Made by a program: the position numbers and the translations under genes. A stretch of DNA of 64,000 bases from Pelagomonas calceolata (lineage: Eukaryota), in NCBI GenBank assembly GCA_918797485.1, contig CAKKNE010000006.1, positions 992,001 through 1,056,000 of the forward strand, read 5' to 3'. Below, piece after piece: positions 20,696-29,860 of the stretch. How positions within the stretch are numbered: the stretch's first letter is position 1; the number at the start of each line of letters is the position of its first letter. Under the pieces are notes generated by a model. It was not told where the DNA came from. It saw only the letters and a list, made by a program, of their open reading frames with translations, and did no database searches.

Positions 20696-21778
20696 ATGCT
20701 GCGTCTCGCAGCGGCGTGCGCGGCGCTGGGTGGCGTCCTGGCGCTCGAAATTGCCGTGCCGGTCGATGGCAATGACTTCCTGGTCAGCCTGCGGGACGGG
20801 CTCCCGCCGTCCGAAATGGCCAGCGAGGCGCGCATCGGTGCACGTGCCGTCATCGACGCGCTCAGGGACGCGGGCGGCCTGGGCGGAGGCTGTCCGGCGG
20901 ACGACCGCGACTGTCTGGTGGAGGTTGTGGCGGGCTACATCGCGGCGCGCGAGGACGCGACGCGCGTGCGCTGGCCCTTCGAGGCGGCATACGGCGGGCC
21001 GGTGCCGCGCGCGACTTTTCAATTCGTGATCACCGCTCTCGCAGCGCACGGTGTCCGCGGCGGCCTCGTCGAAATCGGCGCCAAGGCCGGCAAGTCATTC
21101 CTGGCCCTTTTGGAGCCGTGGTGGAGGTCGGGCATGGGTGGCGGCGGCGTCGCTGTCGCGATCGACGTGTGGGGCGACCAGGACGCCAACCCCGACCGGA
21201 GTGGCTGGGGCGGAGCCCTCAGCGACCCGGCCGCGTGGGGCGCAGGCAACCGCGCGATGCTCGAGGAACACGTCGCGGCCGCGGCGCGCGCCGTGGGCGA
21301 CGACGCGCTACGGGACGCGGTCGTTCTGCTTGAGCACTCGTCCCTCGACCTCGCGCCGGCGGCGCTCCGCGCCGCCGCCGGGGGCGAGGTCGCTGTCTTT
21401 TCCGTCGACGGCTGCCACACGTTCGCGTGCGCTCGCTCCGACCTCGAGCTCGCGTGGGCCGTCCTCGCGCCGCGCGGCGTCGTCGTCGTCGACGACTACG
21501 TGGCCTCGGACGAGTGGCCCGGCGTCTCCTTCGCGGTCGGGGCCTTCCTCGCGGCGCACGCAGACGCGGTGCCCGTCGCGTACGGCGCGCGTCGCCTCTA
21601 CCTCGCGCGCGCGCCGGCGGCGCCCTTGCTCTTCCAAATCTTCAGGTCCTTCTGCGGGGCGACGGCTGCCCGCCGGCGTGTCGACGTCGACTCCGTCTGC
21701 ACGACGCGCGCGGGCACGGGGCCCGGCGGCGCTGACGTCCTCTTTGTCCGCGACGGCGCGGACCCCGGGTCTCTCTGA
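20696..21778 (+). CDS. Secreted class I SAM methyltransferase (Methyltransf_24-like) with shared Cys module
   Basis: Signal peptide; LVEIGAKAGKS, AIDVW, FSVDGCHT..DL..LAPRGVVVVDDY..WPGV. Confidence 0.8.
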   Translation: MLRLAAACAALGGVLALEIAVPVDGNDFLVSLRDGLPPSEMASEARIGARAVIDALRDAGGLGGGCPADDRDCLVEVVAGYIAAREDATRVRWPFEAAYGGPVPRATFQFVITALAAHGVRGGLVEIGAKAGKSFLALLEPWWRSGMGGGGVAVAIDVWGDQDANPDRSGWGGALSDPAAWGAGNRAMLEEHVAAAARAVGDDALRDAVVLLEHSSLDLAPAALRAAAGGEVAVFSVDGCHTFACARSDLELAWAVLAPRGVVVVDDYVASDEWPGVSFAVGAFLAAHADAVPVAYGARRLYLARAPAAPLLFQIFRSFCGATAARRRVDVDSVCTTRAGTGPGGADVLFVRDGADPGSL

Positions 21779-21932
21779 TGCGGGCCTCGACGGGTCCGGG
21801 GACTAATCTCGCGGTTGTTGTTGACTTATAAATTTATTTATTTGCTTTGCTTAGAGCTAGCCACGTCCCGCCGCGGGGGCTGCGTGACCGAACGCCCTTA
21901 TTTATAAATTCAAGTTATTACTACTAGAAGTA

Positions 21933-24351
21933 TCACAAGTGGCCGCGGCCCGCGTCCACGCCGGATAGCTCGACGACGGCCGCGGCGAGGTCGTCGCGCT
22001 TCGCGAAGAGCCAGTCGTCGACGAGGACGTAGTCGAGGTCGTCGTCGGTGCGTAACAAGCCTAGCGCGTCGGCGATGGTGTTCAGGATGGGCCTGCCGCG
22101 CGCGTTGAAGGACGTGTTGATGAGCGCCTCGCACCGCGTCCGCGCGGCGACGGCGAGAAGGAGCGCGTGGAGCCACGCGTCGTCCGCGGCCGCGACGGTC
22201 TGGGGCCGCGAGGACCGGTCGTAGTGCGTCATCGCCGGGCAGCGCTCCGCGGCGGCAGCCCGGAGCGCTGGCGCGAATGACATGTAGGGCGAGCGCACGT
22301 CGCGGCGCTCGAAGATGCGGTCCGCGGCCTCGACCGCGACGACGGGCGCGACGGGCCGGAACCACTCGCGCTTCTTGAGGCCGTTGAGGCGCTCCTTCAT
22401 CCCGCGCGCGGGCACCGCGAGGAGCGAGCGGTGGCCGAGCGCCCGGGGGCCGTGTTCGGCGCGGCCCCGGACGACGCCGACCACGTTCTCCTCCGCGAGG
22501 AGGTCGGCGACGTCTTCGACGGACACGCGCGTCGCGTTGAGCCGCGCCGCGTACGCGCCGAGGAGCGCGCTGTCCCAGGGTAACGGTCCGGCGTGCTGGA
22601 GGCCCCCGGCCGTCGCGAGTGGCGGTGGCCGCAACAGCCACGCCGAGCCGATGGGTAGGCCGCAGTCGCCGGGCGCCGCCGGCACGTGCACCGGCACGTC
22701 GAGGCGCGCCGCGAGCCGCTCGTTCGCCAGCACGTTCAGCGCGGCGCCGCCGCTCAGCGCGACGCCGTCAAATCGGCCCGGGTGCCGCGCGAGCAGGCCC
22801 GAGACCATTTCCACGACGAGGTCCTCGAACGCGCGCTGCGCGGTCCGCGCGAGGGCCCGCTGCGCCGCTCGGTCCGCGCGCGCGCCGTTCGTCAGCGCGC
22901 GCAGCGGGAACGTGTAGCAGTGCGGGTGCCGCGGCGCGGCCGCGTCGTGCTTTCGCCCCAAGAAGTACGCCCGCAGCTCTGGGAGCCACTCGGCCCGCAC
23001 GGCGCCGAGGGCCGAGTAGCCCATCATCTTGCCGGCGAGCGCGAGCATGCGGCCCGCGGGCCAGTCGTCGAGGCACCGCGCGCAGGCGCCGGCGGCGCGC
23101 GCCGCGGCGGGCGCGCACTGGCCCCGCGCGACCTCCGGGAGCGCCGCCGCGACGCCCGCGTATCGGTTCGCGAAGTTGACCTCCGCGAAGTCGACGCCGA
23201 GCGCGTCGTCGCGGAGCGACAGCCGCGCGAGGGGGGGCTCCGCGGTCGCGTTTCCCGCAAAGGCGAGCGTGTGGCCGTCGTTGCCGCCGCCGTCAAAGGC
23301 CACGACGAGCGGGTGCCGAACGCCGAGCTGCCGCGCGGCGTCGAAGAGGGCCAGCGCCTGTGTGGAAATCAACCAGTGAGTCGGGTTCACTAAGTCATTT
23401 CTCGGCGATGACGCGGCCGACCTGGCTCAGTCGAGCGGCGAGGGACCGACATCGCTACGCCATCGAGCAGGCGTCGCGTCGATGGCGTGGAGGACGACGC
23501 GACGATTCAGCACGAACGCGCCGTAAAATTTTGATTTCCACACAGGCCAGCGCCGCGTGCGACGCGTGGTGGTCCACCTCGTGCCACGTCGCGCCGGGGT
23601 CGACCGCGTCGCGCGCGATGCGGAGCCCCGCGGCGCCCTGCGCGCTCAGGTCGCGGATCATGGGATTGTACACTGCGTCGCCAAAAGCAAAGTCCGGCGC
23701 TCGGCCCGTCGCGAGCCGCGCCGCGCGCCCGGCTTCCGTCCAAACGCGCGCGAGATACGTCCGCCGCGCGGCCTCGGCCTCGACGCCGGCGAGGCCCGTG
23801 TAACGCTCGACGACGGACCACCCGTCCTCGTACCTCCGGCCGCCCGGCAGCCGCTCGAGCTCGATGACGGCCTCGACCTCGCCGCCGGTAACGACCGCGA
23901 GCGCCGCGTCGTGGCCGTAGTGCATGGCGAGGATCGTGTCGGCGCGCGGCGGCGTCCCGACCGCGTACGGCGCGCGCGCCTCGGCGAGCGCGGCCTCGTC
24001 CCCGGCGCGCCTTAGCCAGACGCGGAACTCGCGCCCGCCCACGCCCAGCGCCTTGGTTTCCAGCCTCAAACCGGGAAGCTCGTCGAAGAACGCGTGGAAG
24101 CCGTAGCACGCGGCGTGGGCGGCGTCGCCGCCCGCGTCGCCGTCCGCACAGAGCTCAAAGTCGCCCGGCGCCGCGAGGACCGCATCGCTGAGGGGGCCCG
24201 GACCCGCGACGACGTGGGCCGACGGAAACACGACGCCCGTGTGATAGACGTGGCCGGCGACGGGCGACGTGATGGTGATGGTCAGATCCGCGGCGCCCGG
24301 CGCCACGCACGCGGCGACGACAGCCGCGCGCAGCAGGCTACGGCGCACCAT
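21933..24351 (-). CDS. NodU/CmcH-family O-carbamoyltransferase 2 (two exons, 24351-23554 and 23357-21933; ~740 aa), with signal peptide and Ig-like module
   Basis: Exon 1 has GHDAA, ELERL, DHHASHA. Exon 2 has FDGGGNDG, AGKMMGYS, SGGAALNV, PGDCG, EHGPRALGHRS, INTSFN. Phase-0 joining restores HASHAALALFD. Confidence 0.9.
23358..23553 (-). mobile_element. Introner element forming a 196-nt GC-AG intron
   Basis: Perfect 15-bp TIR CTGTGTGGAAATCAA (23358-23372 / 23531-23545) and perfect 8-bp TSD GCCAGCGC (23350-23357, 23546-23553). The donor GC comes from the TSD and the acceptor CAG from the TIR. Confidence 0.9.
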
Positions 24352-24694
24352 CGCGCACGCGGGACGCTTTTCCGTGCGCGGATCCGCCGGGGCAGCATAC
24401 TCACAAATCTTCTTGGGGCGCATGGGCTGGGCCTTGAAGGCAAAGGGCTGCGGATCCCGGTGCGGCCGGTCGATAATTGATCCAAAAAAAAAACGTGTCG
24501 TCGTCGGCAGCAGAATTCCGGCGGCACGGCGCTGCAAAGCCCAATTCCCTAGCTGCTCGCAGGAGAGAGGCTCGAAAATCTCCGATACCTCCGAGTCTCC
24601 GCGGCGGAGACCGCTCTCATGTCGTTGCTCCGGCGCACCAGCGAAGCTCGCACGAGCTGATTTTGGGGTACCCACGTCGGTTGGTACGAAGTTG

Positions 24695-24744
24695 GGGCTG
24701 CCCAACTCCCGGCGCTCGCGGGCTGCCCAACTCCCGGCGCTCGC
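24695..24744. repeat. Perfect 25-bp tandem duplication (GGGCTGCCCAACTCCCGGCGCTCGC x2) just upstream of ATG 24765
   Basis: Read directly from the sequence. Confidence 0.9.
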
Positions 24745-24764
24745 GGGCAGCCCGGCGGCCGCGA

Positions 24765-26666
24765 ATGCGGCGTTGCGTGGGCCTCGCGTGCGCCGCGGCC
24801 GTCGCGAGCGCGGGCGAGTACGCGTGTTGGCCGGACTGCGACGCGCGCGTGGCCGACGCGCCGCGCGAGGCGGCCGCGTACGATTCGTGGACGGCGCCGG
24901 GCGGCATCGAGGTGCTGTACGCGCCGGATCAGGACGGCGGCGGCACTTCCTTCGGCCGCGAGCTCGTCGACTACGCGCTCCGGGCGTTCGGGCCCTTCCA
25001 CGAGTCGCCGCGCCGCGCGCGGCGGTGCTTTGAGTTCTGCGCGGGCCCCGGCTTCGTGGGCTTCTCGCTGCTCGGGCGCGGCGTGTGCTCGAGCCTGGTG
25101 CTAGCGGACGTGCACCCGGCGAGCGTCGCGGCTGCGCGGGCTACCGTGGCCCGCAACCGCCTCGGGGCGCTCGTCGCGGTCTACGAGTCGGACGCGCTGG
25201 ACGACATCCCGGCGAACGAGTCAGGCACGTGGGATCTCGTCGTGTCGAACCCGCCGCATTTCCGGAGTGTCGCGGCGTGGAACGCCATGCTCCGGCGGCG
25301 CGCACCGGGCGCGGCAGAGGGCGCCAGCGACCCGCGGCACTTCCGGGGCGTCGATAGCAACTGGCGCCTGCACGAGCGCTTCTACGGGACCGTCGGCGCG
25401 TTCCTCCGGCGCGGCACGGGCCACGTGGTGTTCCAGGAGAACGCGGACGGGTCGACGCCCGGGGAATTTTGGGGCATGCTGCCGCCGCTGCGCGTCGAGC
25501 GCGTCGAGCCGCCGGACGCGACCGGCATGTGGTACCTCCACGCGACGAACGACGCCGCGGGCTGGACGCGGCGCCGGCCGCCGGCCGTGCCGCGCGGCGC
25601 CCGGGACGGCTGGTGGCGCGACGCGGCGCAGATCGCCCTCGAGCGTGCGATTCGCGACGTCGCGGACCAGGGCTACGCCGTCGTCGCGGACGCGGGCGCG
25701 GCGAACGCCACACACCTCGGCGCGCTGCGCGACGCGCTCGTCGCGCGGCTTGCCGACGCGGCACCCTGCGCCACGCCCTTCGGCAACCCGGAAGTGGGCT
25801 GCAACGTGTCCATGGAGTCCGGCGTCGGCGACGCGCACGTGTCGTACCGGCTCTGGGGCCTGCTGGAGGACGATGCGCTCGCGGCGCTCGTCGCGCCGCT
25901 CCTCCGGCTCCCGCTCGTCCGGGCCCTCGCGCAATCGCGCCTCGGTGCCGACTACCAGCTCCACGGCTGTACCGCCTATGTCGCCACGCCGAGCGCGCGG
26001 CCAAACGTGCTCCACTTCGACTTCGCGGACCAGGACCCGGCGTGGCGCCGAGCGGCCGCCGCGGGCAGCGACGGCGGCACGGGCGACCACCTTGCGGTCA
26101 TGCTCCAGCTGCAGGACACGACGGCGGAGAACGGCGCGACGCTCGTCGTGCCCGGTTCGCACCGCTGGGCCGCGCGGGACCCACCCTTCCTGCCACCGGG
26201 CCAGAACCGAGACGTCGCGGCGCTGCGTGCGCTCCCTGGCGCGCCGCCGATCGCGGAGCCCCTTCCCGTCGCCGTGCCCCGAGGCGGGCTCCTTCTCTTC
26301 GACGGCGCGACGCTCCACGCGACGGGGGCGTTCCCGGGCGCCGCTGCGGACATCGGCGACTACCGCTACGCTCTCGTCCTCCACCTCGCCGCCCAGCGTG
26401 CGACGAAGCACCGGCTCGCGACGCCCATCGGCCGCGCGTACCTCCGGGGCCACGCGCGCCTCGACCTCGAGGTCAGCGTCGACGGCGCGACGGACGTCAT
26501 CGCCTTCCACGAGGACGACGACCTGGAGGCCATCGCCGCCGCCTTCGTCGACTCCTACGACGGCGCCGCGAGCCTCCAACCCCGCGCCGCCGCCGTCGAC
26601 GCCGTGCTCGAGGCCATGACCAACAAGGTGGCCACGGCAGCGGGGCGGGGGGGGGGCAAGATCTGA
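24765..26666 (+). CDS. Secreted NPPH-motif methyltransferase + PhyH-type dioxygenase + C-terminal shared module; paralog of the N-terminal half of 13097-16279
   Basis: Signal peptide MRRCVGLACAAAVASA; FEFCAGPGFVG, LVVSNPPHF, LHFD, GATLVVPGSHRW, LFDGATLHATG. Shares SYRLWGLL and AYLxGHARL with the paralog. Confidence 0.83.
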   Translation: MRRCVGLACAAAVASAGEYACWPDCDARVADAPREAAAYDSWTAPGGIEVLYAPDQDGGGTSFGRELVDYALRAFGPFHESPRRARRCFEFCAGPGFVGFSLLGRGVCSSLVLADVHPASVAAARATVARNRLGALVAVYESDALDDIPANESGTWDLVVSNPPHFRSVAAWNAMLRRRAPGAAEGASDPRHFRGVDSNWRLHERFYGTVGAFLRRGTGHVVFQENADGSTPGEFWGMLPPLRVERVEPPDATGMWYLHATNDAAGWTRRRPPAVPRGARDGWWRDAAQIALERAIRDVADQGYAVVADAGAANATHLGALRDALVARLADAAPCATPFGNPEVGCNVSMESGVGDAHVSYRLWGLLEDDALAALVAPLLRLPLVRALAQSRLGADYQLHGCTAYVATPSARPNVLHFDFADQDPAWRRAAAAGSDGGTGDHLAVMLQLQDTTAENGATLVVPGSHRWAARDPPFLPPGQNRDVAALRALPGAPPIAEPLPVAVPRGGLLLFDGATLHATGAFPGAAADIGDYRYALVLHLAAQRATKHRLATPIGRAYLRGHARLDLEVSVDGATDVIAFHEDDDLEAIAAAFVDSYDGAASLQPRAAAVDAVLEAMTNKVATAAGRGGGKI

Positions 26667-26879
26667 AACGCCACGATGATGTCCAGCGCTCGCGAGCCTG
26701 AGCAGGCGGTCTTGTATGTGTTGCCACGGCAACGATAACTTGAACTTGAACTTGAAATATTATTCCACTACTACGTGGCCACTACGGTCTAAAGAGCTTG
26801 CTCCTTCTTTTAGGTCTTCCCTAATTAATTAATTAATATTAATGAATTTCTAAATTCAAAGTTTATTTAACCCGGACTG

Positions 26880-28394
26880 TTAGTCGTCGTCGGACGCGCC
26901 GGCCTCGAGCTCGTCGACGCGGCGCCGCCGCTCCGTGTCCGCGGCGGCCTTGATCCGCAGCCGGTTCGCCTCGCGGTCCCTCGTCTCTTGAGCCGCGTAG
27001 TAGTCGTCCTCGGCCCGCACCTCGGGCGCGACCAGCGCGGTCGCCACAACGCCGCGGAGACGCTCCGGAGGCAGGCACGCGGACGCGACGAGGCGCTCGT
27101 TGACGAAACCCGGGGGGAGCGCTTCTTCGCCTTTTTGACAGACGGCGGCGACCAGGTCGCGGAGAACGTCGGCGGACGCGCGACCCGACCGGTGCGGCGC
27201 GACGCAGGCGCTTTCGACGGATTTCGAGATGTCGTCGAGCGTCCGATTCGCGACGACGCGGACCAAAATGTCCGTGACCGCCGCGTCGTCGGCACCTCTG
27301 GCAGCGAGCGTCTGGAAGGCCCATGCTCGAATCTGCTCCGGCGACAGCGCGGTCGACGGCACGAAGGAGGGCGAAAAGTACGACGAGGGCAGCGCCGTAT
27401 GTCGGGCGAGGCGCGCCGCCGCCGCGTCCAAATCATCACCCAGGATATCGGCCGCCTCCCGCAACGTGCGCTGGCCGAGGGTCGCCGCCGCGACGACGAC
27501 GTCGACGGCGGCGACGTGCGGCGCGGACACGGCAGTCGGCGGTCGCTGAGGTTGTGTGACCGTCGAGCGCCGGACCTGCTCCTCGCGTGCGGCTTGCGCG
27601 GCCGTCCGGCGGCGCCGTTCGCGCTCCGCGGCCTCGCGCTCGTCGGCGGCCGCGCGATCGAGCGCGACGTCGCGCGCCAGGCACGCCTCGACGACCGCCG
27701 CGAACGCATTCGGCGACACGTCCGTTTCCGATGCTCCCGCTTCGCGGATCGCGGCGCGGAGGTCGTCCGCCAGCGCGGCCCGCGACTGGAAGGCGCCCGG
27801 CGCAATCGTGGACGCGACGGCGTCCACTTCGCCCAGCTCCGACGCGGCGGCCGCCGCCAGGCCCAGCACCTGCGCGTCGCTCGCGTCCGCCGCCGCGCAG
27901 ATCCCGAGCACGACGTGGGCGAGGGCGTCGCCCGGCAGCGCGTCCGTGGCTGTCGCGTCGGTGAAGCCGCCGCGCCCCGTCGCCCGAGCGCAGCGCTGCG
28001 CGACGGCGGCGCCATCCGGCGGCCGCCCGTCGGCCGCGAGCGGCGCCAGCGCCTCGCGCAGCGCCCCCAGCGACAGCTTGTCCAGCTCCGCGGCGGCGAT
28101 CAGTAGCGATACGGCCCGCGGCGACAGCGCGTCCGGGTCGCTCACGATCGACGACGAGCGGCGCGTTTGCGGAGGCGCCGGCGGCGTCGGCGCGTCCGCC
28201 GCGGCGTCGGGCGCGTCCGCCGCGGCGTCGGGCGCGGGCCAGCCCGGCCGCGGCGCGGCCGCGGCCGCCGGCGACGCGGCGCGGTAGCTCGGGCGCTGCG
28301 CCTCCTCGGGGCGGCAGCACCCCGAGAACTCGGCCAGGAGGCGCTCGAGGTACGTTTCGCCGCCGCCGTTGTTGGACCGCCGCCGCGCTGGCAT
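26880..28394 (-). CDS. Hypothetical Ala-rich, coiled-coil protein
   Basis: 504-aa ATG ORF with the codon pattern of real genes here and AT-rich flanks; no motif recognised. Confidence 0.6.
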   Translation of the reverse strand: MPARRRSNNGGGETYLERLLAEFSGCCRPEEAQRPSYRAASPAAAAAPRPGWPAPDAAADAPDAAADAPTPPAPPQTRRSSSIVSDPDALSPRAVSLLIAAAELDKLSLGALREALAPLAADGRPPDGAAVAQRCARATGRGGFTDATATDALPGDALAHVVLGICAAADASDAQVLGLAAAAASELGEVDAVASTIAPGAFQSRAALADDLRAAIREAGASETDVSPNAFAAVVEACLARDVALDRAAADEREAAERERRRRTAAQAAREEQVRRSTVTQPQRPPTAVSAPHVAAVDVVVAAATLGQRTLREAADILGDDLDAAAARLARHTALPSSYFSPSFVPSTALSPEQIRAWAFQTLAARGADDAAVTDILVRVVANRTLDDISKSVESACVAPHRSGRASADVLRDLVAAVCQKGEEALPPGFVNERLVASACLPPERLRGVVATALVAPEVRAEDDYYAAQETRDREANRLRIKAAADTERRRRVDELEAGASDDD

Positions 28395-28844
28395 TATTGG
28401 TGGTGTTGGCTAAGTTTTGCGTCGCCGCAGAAGTTTTTGTGTCGCCGTAGGGCAGCCTTTTCATGCGAAGGCAGCCAGGACCAGCTTGTAGCCTCACAAG
28501 CTCGGTATTCGAAGGGGCAGCCCAAAACCAACCCGACCCCTGCTGCCTACCAGTCGCCGGCGTGCCGGCGAGAGATCGGTATTAAGAAGATCTGGTTCTG
28601 ATCAAGTTTCTGATCCGTAAAGCTTTCCAAAATATACGGGTTTTTTTACTCGCGGGTTTCGCCGCTTTTGCGCTCGCGAGCGACTTAATTCAGGACGCGC
28701 AGACCTTGCGCAGTGGACGTTCGCACATTTGCACCACACATCTTCGCGACGCAGTCCGCTCTTCGCCCGCGGCTCTTTTGAGGCCGCGCCAAGCTGCTAA
28801 GGGCTGCCGAGAGGGGCCAGGCGCCGCGCGCCCGCCCGCGCGCC

Positions 28845-29495
28845 ATGGCGGCGATCGAGCCGAACCAGACGGTCTACATCAACAATCTCAACGAGAAGAT
28901 CAAGAAGGACGCCCTCAAGAAGTCGATCTACAGCGTCTTCAGCCAGTTCGGCAAGATCCTGGACGTCGTCTGCTGCCGCGGCCTCAAGCTGCGCGGCCAG
29001 GCCTGGGTCGTCTTCGCGGACGTGGGCGCGGCCACGAACGCGCTGCGCCAGATGCAGGGCTTTCCCTTTTACGACAAGCCGATGCGGATCGCGTTCGCGA
29101 AATCGAAGTCGGACATGATCGCGAAACGCGACGGCACGTTCAAGCCGCGCGAGAAGCGGAAGCGCGAGGACCCGAAGCCGGCCGCGCCCGCGGCCGCCAA
29201 GGCGCTCCCCGCGCCCGGCGACGCGCCGCCGCCGAAGGTCCCGAAGCCGTCGAACGCGCCGCCGTCCAACGTATTGTTCGCCTCGAATCTACCGGAGGAC
29301 TGCAGCGACATGATGCTGGGGATCCTGTTCCAGCAGTACGCCGGCTTCAAGGAGGTCCGGATGGTGCCGGGGAACAAGGGCATCGCCTTCGTGGAGTTCG
29401 CGGACGAGACGCAGGCGTCGCTCGCGCGCCAGGGCCTCGACGGGTTCAAGCTGACGCCGACGGATGCGCTATCGCTCGTCTTCGCGAAGCGGTAG
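28845..29495 (+). CDS. SNRPB2: U1A/U2B'' (SNF-type) snRNP protein with two RRMs
   Basis: [47 protein letters not shown]; second [29 protein letters not shown]1A and U2B'' cannot be told apart by eye. Confidence 0.93.
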   Translation: MAAIEPNQTVYINNLNEKIKKDALKKSIYSVFSQFGKILDVVCCRGLKLRGQAWVVFADVGAATNALRQMQGFPFYDKPMRIAFAKSKSDMIAKRDGTFKPREKRKREDPKPAAPAAAKALPAPGDAPPPKVPKPSNAPPSNVLFASNLPEDCSDMMLGILFQQYAGFKEVRMVPGNKGIAFVEFADETQASLARQGLDGFKLTPTDALSLVFAKR

Positions 29496-29860
29496 GATAG
29501 TAAAGTAGGTCCTATTCTATCTGCTATGGTGCTAGGACTAGTAAGCGGAGCCCCTTCCTTGGGGGGACCGCGCGTCGCCGACTTATCGGCGGCAGGTCCT
29601 AATACCGTCCTATCAGGGTTTGTGCGGGTTTGGTGGGGCTTCCCTTACGTAAGCTTACCAGGTTAGGTCGCGTGCGGGTTGCGTAAGCGTCCAGCAGCAA
29701 GGTACCTTACCCTACATAAGTATAGTACCAGTACGGTACCTCTTGCCAGCATCAGGGCTGCCCTTTCGGCGTCGCAAGCTGCAGGCGCGAGGCAGCCGGC
29801 TCCGACCGTAGGCGCACGCCTCCGCATGCCTTCGCCGCGCGGCGACGCAGAAACACAGCG

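Noticed and set aside
21933..24705. ORFs 21933-23390 and 23455-24705 as two genes or a pseudogene
   Set aside because: They are two exons of one carbamoyltransferase separated by an introner that splices out exactly.
24695..24744. CRISPR-like repeat
   Set aside because: Only two directly adjacent copies, no spacers and no cas genes, in a eukaryotic context.
26737..26845. (AACTTG)3 and (TAAT)n tracts
   Set aside because: Ordinary AT-rich low-complexity sequence between convergent genes.
29496..29860. Possible ncRNA in the intergenic region after the snRNP gene (also 33495-33703)
   Set aside because: Only short hairpins; no tRNA, snRNA or snoRNA signature I can support.
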